Source of the DNA: a virus
Lineage: Duplodnaviria; Heunggongvirae; Uroviricota; Caudoviricetes
IMG/VR virus record: IMGVR_UViG_2939121850_000003
Length of the DNA stretch: 17,816 nt
Direction: 5' to 3' (one strand)
Shown piece by piece: positions 7,957 through 15,486 of the stretch (its first letter is position 1; each line of letters starts with the position of its first letter). The notes below the pieces were generated by a model, which saw only the letters and a list, made by a program, of their open reading frames with translations, searched no databases and was not told where the DNA came from. The translations under genes were made by a program, and so were the position numbers.

Positions 7957-9306
7957 TTATTCCGTTTTACATATCATAGTAGTCGATTGGAGAATATAGT
8001 TTCTGGGAATGTACTCTTCAAAGTGTTCGTCCTTTTTAAATACATGAACTACATTTGGGAATAATTGATAGTCAACAGGGTGTATAGCGTTTGGATTATG
8101 GTACATGTACATGGCTGTACACCATGGTTCTTGATAGTTAGGGTCACTTACATCGGCTGAAAATGGATGTGGGGCTGCATCCTGATCAGTTTTAACACCA
8201 CTGACGTACACTTTGAATCCACTCGCCTCTACACCTGCAAGAATTCCCATCCGGTTAAACTTAGGTATGGTTGCTTGAGTAGTGAGTAAAACGGCAGAAA
8301 CATAATTATTTTGTTCTGAGCCAAAAAAGTTCGACTTGATACTTCTATTTTCATCTGTATGTCTTTCAATAGAAATGCCTGACTCAATATCAATCCCGTA
8401 CAAATAGCTATGCAAGGCTTCGCTTGAGAAGGCCATGGACATTCTTTTTGAATAATCCTGCATTGCTATGACAAATGGTTTGTTCTTTGTATGGTTGAGT
8501 TCCCAGTAATGAACTTTCTCTGGCTCAGGGCAATGCCGGACTTTTTTTAATAAACTTCTTGCAAACTTAAAAGGCATGACATTTAGAACATGTTTTCTTA
8601 ATTCATCCATCTGTTCATCGTTAATGACTTTTCTTTCAAGAGGGGCTTCTGCTTCAGCAATGCTTACAGCCTCTACAGCAATTTCCACTCCAAATTTAGA
8701 TAGCAGAAAATCTGGTTGATTGTATTCTCTATTCATTTCAAAGTCGAGTTCATAAAATACAGCGTTCAAATATAATTCAAATAACCTTGAATTAAATGCA
8801 TCACTTTGAAAATCCCTTATAAATATTCCATCAGGATCTTTGAACCAGTATGCAAGTTCCTCAAGAACAATATATGCAGGGAAATGAAGAGGGTCTTCGA
8901 GGAGCATTTTTATATAAACATTCCTTTTTTTCGCTGGGACCTTACTCAAGAATAATGAAAAAGGTTTGGTTGATTCATCGCCTTGCATGAATGTACCATT
9001 TTGGTGCTGCGCCAGCATCTTTGGTATGTCATCGTTCAAATTATTAAGCAAGACATCCATTGAATCAAATGAAGCCAAGACGTTTATTGCTCTGAATTTT
9101 TTATCTAAATCCCGACCTAAGACTATTGCGTTAAAATCTTTATCAATATTGCATATGATTATTGTGGATAACAATGTTATCCCATTCCCCTCATATTTAA
9201 ACCAGCGTATCTCCTCAGAAAATGTCTTAAGGTAAGGTGAGCGACCGTAAAAATAAATATCAAATTGTTCTTTGCTGATCTCACTGAAGTGTAATCCTGC
9301 GTTCAT
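7957..9306 (-). CDS. Hypothetical protein (449 aa), no recognisable family
   Basis: Long uninterrupted ORF in the AT-rich block. ATG at 9306 is preceded by AAGGAA about 8 nt upstream on the minus strand. No Walker A, methyltransferase or other signature found by eye. Confidence 0.75.
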   Translation of the reverse strand: MNAGLHFSEISKEQFDIYFYGRSPYLKTFSEEIRWFKYEGNGITLLSTIIICNIDKDFNAIVLGRDLDKKFRAINVLASFDSMDVLLNNLNDDIPKMLAQHQNGTFMQGDESTKPFSLFLSKVPAKKRNVYIKMLLEDPLHFPAYIVLEELAYWFKDPDGIFIRDFQSDAFNSRLFELYLNAVFYELDFEMNREYNQPDFLLSKFGVEIAVEAVSIAEAEAPLERKVINDEQMDELRKHVLNVMPFKFARSLLKKVRHCPEPEKVHYWELNHTKNKPFVIAMQDYSKRMSMAFSSEALHSYLYGIDIESGISIERHTDENRSIKSNFFGSEQNNYVSAVLLTTQATIPKFNRMGILAGVEASGFKVYVSGVKTDQDAAPHPFSADVSDPNYQEPWCTAMYMYHNPNAIHPVDYQLFPNVVHVFKKDEHFEEYIPRNYILQSTTMICKTE

Positions 9307-9428
9307 ACCAATTCCTTTTCAATGAATAATTGGCCTTTAGGAGTGATTCCCTTTGTCTTTAATTCAGTTCTAACTAGTTCTTTAATCCAATAGCCTAAGC
9401 TCATCATGCAGTTGGATCATAAGACAAC

Positions 9429-9457
9429 GCCCTATAGTGCTCGTGATACTATAGGGC
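9429..9457. repeat. Inverted repeat with 10-bp arms and 9-nt spacer (GCCCTATAGT / ACTATAGGGC)
   Basis: Perfect inverted repeat read directly in the divergent intergenic region upstream of the short recombinase gene. Confidence 0.6.
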
Positions 9458-9560
9458 ATCTGACCACACTGTTAACTGGAGTAACGACTATGGCAGGAAT
9501 ACAGCATAACCAAACTCACCCCAAACTTACATAGCGCTTTCTGGCCGTGAGCATAACAAG

Positions 9561-9584
9561 GTCCACTCCTCGCTCATAAGGGAC
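9561..9584 (+). repeat. 24-bp junction element, copy C (GTCCACTCCTCGCTCATAAGGGAC)
   Basis: 18/24 identity to copy B0, including the conserved GTCC 5' end, central TCCTCGCTC and GGAC 3' end. Lies between the 449-aa gene and the recombinase. Confidence 0.6.
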
Positions 9585-9590
9585 AACCAT

Positions 9591-9623
9591 ACTCAAATCT
9601 CCCACATTGCAGGAGATTTGAGT
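9591..9623 (+). promoter_or_regulatory. Perfect 12-bp hairpin sequestering the recombinase Shine-Dalgarno (ACTCAAATCTCC-N9-GGAGATTTGAGT)
   Basis: Right arm 9612-9623 contains GGAG and ends one nucleotide before the ATG at 9624. The architecture (12-bp inverted arms, 9-nt spacer) could alternatively be a protein-binding or recombination core-type site. Confidence 0.6.
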
Positions 9624-10226
9624 ATGAACACGTCACCGTGGAACAAAGACCGTATCATAGGCCAAAAAAGACCACTTCAGATATCTCATATCTGGGGTAT
9701 CCGAATCCGACTTGAACTGGAAGGTAAAACTCGCGATTTAGCTCTGTTCAACATGGCCCTGGATAGTAAGCTTCGAGGCTGTGATCTGGTCAAACTCAAA
9801 GTATCTGATGTTGCATATGGTGGCTCTGTTTCAAGCAGAGCAACGGTGTTGCAACAGAAAACCGGTAGCCCTGTTCAATTTGAGATAACCAAAGGGACAA
9901 GAGAAGCTGTTGCTGCATTGATACAGCTTAGCAATTTGCACAGTAAAGACTTCTTGTTTCGGTCTAGGGTCGGAACTAACCAGCACATTTCAACCCGGCA
10001 ATACAACCGAATCTTTCATGGGGGGGTAGAAAAGCTTGGTCTCGAAGATTCGCTTTACAGCACACATTCCATGAGAAGAACAAAACCTTACCTGATCTAC
10101 AAGAAAACCAAGAATCTCCGGGTGATCCAACTTCTGTTGGGTCATAAGAAACTGGAAAGCACAGTCCGTTATCTGGGCATTGAAGTCGATGATGCGTTAG
10201 AGATTTCTGAATCGATTGAAGTCTAA
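9624..10226 (+). CDS. Short tyrosine recombinase (about 200 aa, FimB/FimE-like catalytic-domain-only integrase)
   Basis: From ATG 9624 (MNTSPW...); the ORF track's 9618 is a TTG. Contains an R box (TRDLALFNMALDSKLRGCDLVKLKVSDV), HSMRRT (H-x-x-R) and LLGHKKLESTVRYLG (GH...Y). Size and motif spacing match the FimB/FimE family of small invertase-type tyrosine recombinases. Confidence 0.8.
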   Translation: MNTSPWNKDRIIGQKRPLQISHIWGIRIRLELEGKTRDLALFNMALDSKLRGCDLVKLKVSDVAYGGSVSSRATVLQQKTGSPVQFEITKGTREAVAALIQLSNLHSKDFLFRSRVGTNQHISTRQYNRIFHGGVEKLGLEDSLYSTHSMRRTKPYLIYKKTKNLRVIQLLLGHKKLESTVRYLGIEVDDALEISESIEV

Positions 10227-10230
10227 GGTT

Positions 10231-10268
10231 GTCAGGGCTGCAACAGCAGCCCTGTGCCATAAGCGGAA
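10231..10268 (+). repeat. Stem-loop (CAGGGCTG-caacag-CAGCCCTG) and possible expanded variant of the junction element (copy E)
   Basis: 8-bp perfect stem beginning 7 nt after the recombinase stop, with no U-tract. The segment begins GTCAGG and ends CATAAGCGGA, loosely resembling the GTCC...GGAC elements. Confidence 0.4.
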
Positions 10269-10585
10269 GTATTTAACAACTATCAGTGTTGTTCAACAGA
10301 TAAAGGGGCACTTGATTTTTTCTGTTCTCAGGAAATGATAAAAGCGCGTCGGTTCAAGCCTGCTTAACGGGAGTTTGTTAATCCTGTTGCCGTGACGTTT
10401 TGACACCATTATGATGGGGAGACACTTAATGTATGAAGGTTCCGCCACTTATACCTGTCCAACAACTGCCTCGGATGTTTCTTTGTATGAATAAGTGGTA
10501 ATGAGTAGTGAATCGCTAACAGTCACCCGAACAATCGGTGCCTGCAATTAATTCTATATTCTAAACGAGGGGGAGATTATTACAC

Positions 10586-11566
10586 ATGAAATTTAAGGAC
10601 AAGAACCTTAAGGCTCTCGCGGAATGTATCATAGGAGATAATAAGGCATTTCTGTATCGTTCAAGCAGTCACATCACTGAATTTTTCCAGGACTGCGGCA
10701 TGGATGTTACTCATGACGGATCCACTCGGTGGAAATGGACGGCCCAGAGGCTTGAAGAACTTCTTTATGAGCCACAGTCAAAGCCACATACTTTGCCGGA
10801 AAGGTTTGTTCATGTGCTCAGAACTTTAATGTTAAAAGAAGATGCAATGGATGACGATCCAGGAAGATTAAAGGCGCTTGAAGAACTGAACAAGCCTTTG
10901 ATGCGGGAAGGCTATGAGGCATTCTATGGTGACGATCGCCTTTTGTATATACGCCATACCGATACCAAAACGGTTTCAGTCAGTAATAACCCTCATCGGC
11001 CCTTAACGCCTCACGAAGTAGAATGCAGAAGGTTACTGACCGCGTTTCTTGATACCTGCTCAGAAGATGAGTTAATAGAAGATATTCTCCTTCCTTTATT
11101 CCGGCAACTTGGTTTTCACCGGATAACAGCAGTGGGACATAAAGATAAAGCGCTGGAATACGGGAAAGACATCTGGATGAAGTTCACACTGCCAACTCAG
11201 CATGTTCTTTATTTCGGCATTCAGGCAAAAAAAGGTAAGTTGGATGCGTCCGGTGCCAGCAAATCTACGAATTCAAACGTGGCAGAAATCTTCAACCAGG
11301 TACTGATGATGCTTGGCCATGAAATATTTGACCCAGAAACAAATAGAAAGGTGCTGGTAGATCATGCCTTTATCGTTGCTGGCGGAGAAATTACTAAACA
11401 GGCGAGGAACTGGCTGGGCGGGAAACTTGATGCCAGCAAAAGAAGCCAGATAATATTTATGGACCGGGAAGACATTCTTAATTTATATACTGTAAGTAAT
11501 GTACCTCTGCCAACAGGTGCTCTCATCTCTGATGATGCCGTTAAGAACGATGATATTCCTTTCTAA
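10586..11566 (+). CDS. Protein with C-terminal Mrr-like PD-(D/E)XK restriction-endonuclease-type motif and uncharacterised N-terminal domain (326 aa)
   Basis: ATG at 10586 preceded by gaGGGGGAGa. C-terminal segment ITAVGHKDKALEYGKDIWMKF...HVLYFGIQAKKGK shows the D...(I/V)QxK arrangement of Mrr-type nuclease cores. The N-terminal 170 aa or so have no motif I recognise. Confidence 0.75.
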   Translation: MKFKDKNLKALAECIIGDNKAFLYRSSSHITEFFQDCGMDVTHDGSTRWKWTAQRLEELLYEPQSKPHTLPERFVHVLRTLMLKEDAMDDDPGRLKALEELNKPLMREGYEAFYGDDRLLYIRHTDTKTVSVSNNPHRPLTPHEVECRRLLTAFLDTCSEDELIEDILLPLFRQLGFHRITAVGHKDKALEYGKDIWMKFTLPTQHVLYFGIQAKKGKLDASGASKSTNSNVAEIFNQVLMMLGHEIFDPETNRKVLVDHAFIVAGGEITKQARNWLGGKLDASKRSQIIFMDREDILNLYTVSNVPLPTGALISDDAVKNDDIPF

Positions 11567-11648
11567 TCAGAAGTACGTCTTTTTCTGAAAGAATACGTGA
11601 TAGGTAGCCACACCACACCTTTAGTGACCCCTTAATCTGGTAATATAA

Positions 11649-11682
11649 CAGCCCGTATGAATGTCCGCGGCATCGCGGGCTG
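11649..11682 (+). terminator. Possible terminator-like stem-loop downstream of the Mrr-like gene (CAGCCCG...CGGGCTG, inner CCGCGG palindrome)
   Basis: 7-bp outer stem followed by an A/T-rich stretch (aaatttattaaaaatac). The U-tract is imperfect. Confidence 0.3.
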
Positions 11683-11790
11683 AAATTTATTAAAAATACT
11701 TATTCATCAAGCTGGAGTAGTTTGCCGAGTAACTGTAAACGCCCAACTTAACCGGACCATTCACTTTTAGATTGCTACCAGCAAACCAAC

Positions 11791-11814
11791 TTCCGTTTCT
11801 CGCTCAAAGCGGAC
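11791..11814 (+). repeat. 24-bp junction element, copy D (TTCCGTTTCTCGCTCAAAGCGGAC)
   Basis: 20/24 identity to copy B0. Located between the Mrr-like gene and the small-ORF/hok region. Confidence 0.6.
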
Positions 11815-11993
11815 TAGAAGGTTAGCTTGCGTCGGACTTGGCGTATTTAAAGAAGTGCTGGTGGTAACTGGTTGTTGTGTTCCATTTCTACAAAACAAAA
11901 TCACAGAAACTATACCCAATAGTTATATTGAATCAATGATGAGACAGCCTCATATTTATCAGAACTGGTGTACGTCCAATACAGGAGGTTGTC

Positions 11994-12083
11994 GTGCTGG
12001 TTCTCAAATATGCGCTAGCTATTGCGGCTGTAATGGCAATTTATTGTCTTGCTATTGTTCTTACGGATCGCCTTTCTGATTGA
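11994..12083 (+). CDS. Candidate small hydrophobic membrane peptide (29 aa, MLVLKYALAIAAVMAIYCLAIVLTDRLSD)
   Basis: GTG start 5 nt downstream of a perfect AGGAGG (11983-11988). Single predicted TM helix with a charged C-terminus. Not in the ORF track because of its length. Location next to a hok locus. Confidence 0.4.
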   Translation: MLVLKYALAIAAVMAIYCLAIVLTDRLSD

Positions 12084-12237
12084 TTTTATATTGGCGAGGT
12101 GACGGGAGTTAAGTAGAATTGCTGCGGGTGCTTGAGGCTATCTGCCTCAGGCATGAACACCAAAGGCAGATAGAGAAAAGCCCCAGTTAACATTACGCGT
12201 CCTGCAAGACGTTTAACATTAATCTGAGGCTCAATCT

Positions 12238-12450
12238 ATGAACGGCAAATCTAGGTTAGCCTCTTACGTGCCGAAAGGCAAGGAGAAGCAGGCTATGAAG
12301 CAGCAAAAGGCGATGTTAATCGCCCTGATCGTCATCTGTTTAACCGTCATAATGACGGCACTGGTAACGAGGAAAGACCTCTGCGAGGTACGAATCCGAA
12401 CCGGCCAGACGGAGGTCGCTGTCTTCACAGCTTACGAACCTGAGGAGTAA
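12238..12450 (+). CDS. mok-like in-frame leader extension of the hok gene (70 aa reading frame)
   Basis: The ORF starts 19 codons upstream of the hok start in the same frame, as in chromosomal mok/hok loci. Whether it is translated independently is inferred. Confidence 0.45.
   Translation: MNGKSRLASYVPKGKEKQAMKQQKAMLIALIVICLTVIMTALVTRKDLCEVRIRTGQTEVAVFTAYEPEE
12295..12450 (+). CDS. hokD: Hok/Gef-family type I toxin (51 aa), hokD/relF-type
   Basis: MKQQKAMLIALIVICLTVIMTALVTRKDLCEVRIRTGQTEVAVFTAYEPEE matches my recollection of E. coli HokD (RelF) almost exactly and the Hok family signature (TRKDLCEV...E/TEVAAF). Internal ATG at 12295. Confidence 0.85.
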   Translation: MKQQKAMLIALIVICLTVIMTALVTRKDLCEVRIRTGQTEVAVFTAYEPEE

Positions 12451-12517
12451 GAGACCAGGCGGGGGAGAATCCCTCGCCACCTCTGATGTGTCAGGCATCC
12501 TCAACGCACCCGCACTT

Positions 12518-12549
12518 AACCCGCTTCGGCGGGTTTTTGTTTTTATTTT
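12518..12549 (+). terminator. Rho-independent terminator downstream of hok (AACCCGC-TTCG-GCGGGTT followed by TTTTTGTTTTTATTTT)
   Basis: 7-bp GC-rich stem, TTCG tetraloop and long T-tract read directly, 68 nt after the hok stop. Confidence 0.8.
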
Positions 12550-12665
12550 CAACGCGTTTGAAGTTCTGGACGGTGCCGGAATAGAATCAAAAATACTTAA
12601 GTAGCGCGCAGGGATAAGAGGGATGGTCCCTTAAAGGGGAGAGCTAATTATCCGGAAGGATTCTG

Positions 12666-12917
12666 ATGATGAACATCGAAGAACTGCGTAAAATTTTTTG
12701 TGAAGATGGCCTCTATGCTGTGTGCGTTGAAAATGGAAATCTTGTTAGTCATTACCGCATTATGTGTTTGCGAAAGAATGGGGCTGCGTTAATTAATTTT
12801 GTGGATGGTCGAGTGACAGACGGATTTATCTTGCGCGAAGGTGAGTTTGTCACTTCATTACAGGCACTGAAAGAGATTGGAATAAAAGCAGGCTTTTCAG
12901 CTTTTGCAGAAGAATAA
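12666..12917 (+). CDS. Hypothetical protein (83 aa)
   Basis: ATG preceded by GGAAGG with about 7-nt spacing. Its size and position just downstream of hokD match the rem gene of the K-12 Qin prophage, but I cannot confirm the sequence from memory. Confidence 0.55.
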   Translation: MMNIEELRKIFCEDGLYAVCVENGNLVSHYRIMCLRKNGAALINFVDGRVTDGFILREGEFVTSLQALKEIGIKAGFSAFAEE

Positions 12918-12983
12918 ACTCATCTACAATCTTGCGCGGGGCTGAACTCCCGCTGAGTAACACCGTGCCACCGGAGAAAACCG

Positions 12984-13262
12984 ATGGCACGCAACGTAAA
13001 ATATTACAATTCTGATAATTCGCCCGTTCTTGCCTGCACGCACGAGCGGTATTCTCACGCATTCAAGTCTGAATGGTTCCAGCACCCTCCATGCACTGAA
13101 GAGCAGGCTGAATGGATAATTCAGTGTTACCGCAGGCGCGGATACGAGGTTAAGAAAGCTCTTAGTCTCGACTACCGTCACTGGATAATCTCAGTCAGAT
13201 TGCCTTACTCCGAACGCCCACCGCGTCCGTCCCGTACATTCCAGCAACGCATCTGGAGGTAA
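12984..13262 (+). CDS. Hypothetical protein (92 aa), possibly a fragment
   Basis: ATG preceded by GGAGAAAA. The C-terminus is low-complexity and ends 1 nt before the tail-fibre ORF starts, suggesting a recombination or frameshift junction. Confidence 0.4.
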   Translation: MARNVKYYNSDNSPVLACTHERYSHAFKSEWFQHPPCTEEQAEWIIQCYRRRGYEVKKALSLDYRHWIISVRLPYSERPPRPSRTFQQRIWR

Positions 13263-13263
13263 C

Positions 13264-14619
13264 GTGCGGGTATTACTTCGACCTGTTCTGGTACCGGAAC
13301 TCGGGCTGGTGGTCGTTAAGCCGGGCCGTGAATCCATGCCGGTATTCCACAATACCCGGGTAACCGAAGCGCTCGACACGACATTAGGACTGCTTACAAA
13401 AACAGGACGAGACTGGAACACGCAGCATACTGATAACATTAATAAATTTATACCAATTGCAGGCAGTACAAACGGCCCGGCAGGCTCTATGGTTCTTGGC
13501 GGCATTCATGTTCAATTTAGTAAAAATTATGCTGTGCAGTTCGGAGGCCGCAATTCCGGTTTTTGGGGAAGAACAATTGAAAATGGAACGACACAGGAAT
13601 GGAAGAAATTACTAACAGTAGACGATCTCAATTCATCTACCGATCTTGCTGTCAGGTCATTAACCACATCTAACCCGGTAAAATCTGGCGGAGGGCGAAT
13701 TGATGTCCTTGGAAGCACGTCAGACTATAGCAAAATGGATTGCTTTGTACGTGGGTTTGATAGCACCGGTAATTCTCTCGTGTGGGCGTTGGGTTCATCA
13801 GTCGGCGTAAGTAAGATGCTATCGCTAAAAAATTTCTTTAGCGGAGCTGAGATACTGTTAAATGGTAATGACGGCGCGGTTCAACTCAAAACAGGTGCTG
13901 TTAACGGGGCTACAGCGCAGACGCTCACTATCAACAAGAATGAGGTTAACTCAACCGTTGATTTAACCCTTACAAAGCAATCAGGGACTGGTAATCGTTT
14001 TGTTTTACAGAACTCAGGTAATGCAGAACTACCGTTTTCTGTCAGGGTGTGGGGTTCCAGTACTCGACAAAACGTTTTTGAGGTTGGAACGTCTGCTGCG
14101 TATCTGTTTTATGCGCAAAAAACGTCAGCAGGCCAGTTGTTTGATGTAAATGGCGCTATTAATTGCACAACGCTGAATCAGTCATCAGACCGCGACCTTA
14201 AAGACGATATTCTCGTTATCAGCGACGCGACGAAAGCAATCCGTAAAATGAACGGATACACCTACACGCTCAAGGAAAACGGGATGCCTTATGCTGGCGT
14301 TATTGCACAGGAAGTAATGGAGGCGATACCAGAAGCTGTGGGATCGTTTACTCATTATGGTGAAGAGTTGCAAGGTCCGACCGTTGACGGCAACGAGCTA
14401 CGCGAAGAAACTCGCTATCTTAATGTTGACTACTCCGCCGTGACGGGTTTACTTGTTCAGGTCGCCCGTGAAACAGATGATCGCGTTACCGCGCTGGAAG
14501 AGGAAAACACAACGCTACGTCAAAATCTGGCAACAGCAGGCACCCGGATCAGCACTCTGGAAAATCAGGTAAGCGAACTGGTTGCACTTGTCCGGCAGTT
14601 AACAGGAAGCGAACATTGA
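13264..14619 (+). CDS. Phage tail fibre protein, C-terminal fragment with S74-type intramolecular chaperone domain
   Basis: C-terminal region has the SDxxxK Ser-Lys dyad context (SSDRDLKDDILVISDATKAIRKMNGYTYTL...) and a coiled-coil tail typical of self-cleaving tail-fibre or tailspike chaperone domains. Upstream Gly/Ser/Thr/Asn-rich beta-type repeats. The N-terminus (GTG start, odd MRVLLRPVLVPELG) lacks a tail-attachment domain, so the gene is probably truncated. Confidence 0.75.
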   Translation: MRVLLRPVLVPELGLVVVKPGRESMPVFHNTRVTEALDTTLGLLTKTGRDWNTQHTDNINKFIPIAGSTNGPAGSMVLGGIHVQFSKNYAVQFGGRNSGFWGRTIENGTTQEWKKLLTVDDLNSSTDLAVRSLTTSNPVKSGGGRIDVLGSTSDYSKMDCFVRGFDSTGNSLVWALGSSVGVSKMLSLKNFFSGAEILLNGNDGAVQLKTGAVNGATAQTLTINKNEVNSTVDLTLTKQSGTGNRFVLQNSGNAELPFSVRVWGSSTRQNVFEVGTSAAYLFYAQKTSAGQLFDVNGAINCTTLNQSSDRDLKDDILVISDATKAIRKMNGYTYTLKENGMPYAGVIAQEVMEAIPEAVGSFTHYGEELQGPTVDGNELREETRYLNVDYSAVTGLLVQVARETDDRVTALEEENTTLRQNLATAGTRISTLENQVSELVALVRQLTGSEH

Positions 14620-14799
14620 TATCCTTCAAGCCCTGAAGGAGGCTGTTCCTGGTACGTTCAGACTGTTGTTGAGCTGGAAATCGCAACGGAGGAAGAAACT
14701 TCGTTGCTGGAAGTCTGGAAGAAGTATCGGGTGTTGCTGAACCGTGTTAATACAACAACTGCACCGGATATTGAATGGCCAGTAGCACCTATAGGGTAA
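14620..14799 (+). pseudogene. tfa: Remnant of tail fibre assembly gene (tfa), C-terminal about 45 codons only
   Basis: Translation [42 protein letters not shown] matches the conserved C-terminus of lambda Tfa as I recall it (..[39 protein letters not shown]). It lies in the same frame as the tail-fibre ORF, separated only by the TGA at 14617-14619. Confidence 0.65.
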
Positions 14800-14873
14800 A
14801 TTCGTAATGATTACCTAAATACGTTATTCTTTTGTTCAAAAAGTGATTTTGCTATAGGTAGGGAGTATGTTCT

Positions 14874-14912
14874 TGGATTAAGAATAAAAATCGCCATGAA
14901 AGAGCTTCATGG
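14874..14912 (-). terminator. Intrinsic-terminator-like hairpin on the minus strand (stem CGCCATGAA/TTCATGGCG, loop AGAGC, then T-rich tract on minus strand)
   Basis: 9-bp perfect stem at 14890-14912. Plus-strand A-run 14874-14889 (aagaataaaaat) reads as ATTTTTATTCTT after the stem on the minus strand. Confidence 0.35.
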
Positions 14913-15378
14913 CGAGTACATAAACGTACAAAATATGATGAAAGTAGAGTGGCGTAAGCCACTATATTAAGATATGACAATAGCGAAGAAAAGTAAATAA
15001 CATTTTATGGGCGTTTAATTGTTAATTATAAAAACTAGAGTGCCCGATATTGTTTATCTTGCTTTAAAATAATGTACTCAAACCAAATTTTTGAGCTAAA
15101 AGCTCAAATAATATAAATGCAATGATAATGTTTAATAAGACAATTAGCTTGCTTTGTATTTTCATTTCGGAATACTGTTAAGTAACTTTGATGACACTAA
15201 CAATAGATCGGAATTTTCTTAGAGTCAATGGTCACTGTTTTTGCTTGCAAAGCAAATGTTTTTGGTGGTTATAAGTTTTCTTAATATAGTCACCTATGCA
15301 ACTTGTTCCGTGTGGAGATTAAAGGTTAAAATTTAATGCGAAGATGGAATTATAATATATTTTTTTATAATTAATTTA

Positions 15379-15486
15379 ACCTTAACATCGTTGCTGGCGG
15401 CATGGAAGAAATATCGGGTCTTGCTGATGTCGTGTTGGCACTTCCTTAGTGCGGTTATCGAATGGCCAGCTGTACCTGTGGGGTAA
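15379..15486 (+). pseudogene. Second degenerate tfa C-terminal remnant
   Basis: Translation ..[14 protein letters not shown]...IEWPAVPVG* with the internal segment scrambled, consistent with indels. Direct repeat of 14620-14799. Confidence 0.55.

Noticed and set aside
9976-10260. 94-aa minus-strand ORF antisense to the recombinase gene
   Set aside because: It lies fully within or antisense to a CDS with clear tyrosine-recombinase motifs and has a Cys/Gly-rich artefactual composition.
10586-11566. Classical restriction-modification system (nuclease plus methyltransferase)
   Set aside because: No ORF in the block shows methyltransferase motifs (no FxGxG or (D/N)PPY-type signatures seen). The nucleases appear to be orphan or stand-alone.
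6404-11814. Possibility that the repeated 24-bp palindromes are a CRISPR array
   Set aside because: There are only 5-6 copies, separated by whole genes at kilobase spacing, with substantial sequence divergence and no regular repeat-spacer periodicity.
11855-12079. 74-aa cysteine-rich ORF (possible microcin or RiPP-like peptide)
   Set aside because: No Shine-Dalgarno before either candidate ATG. It overlaps, in another frame, the short hydrophobic ORF that has a perfect AGGAGG-GTG initiation context. Cys richness is probably a frame artefact of TGC/TGT-containing sequence.
12340-12552. 70-aa minus-strand ORF antisense to hok
   Set aside because: It runs through the hok terminator and coding region. 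The expected antisense regulator of hok is a short RNA at the 5' leader, not a protein encoded here.
15240-15263. Plus-strand terminator-like hairpin (TTTGCTT-GCA-AAGCAAA followed by TGTTTTTGG)
   Set aside because: The stem is AT-rich with only two GC pairs, so it is too weak to call as an intrinsic terminator without expression data.
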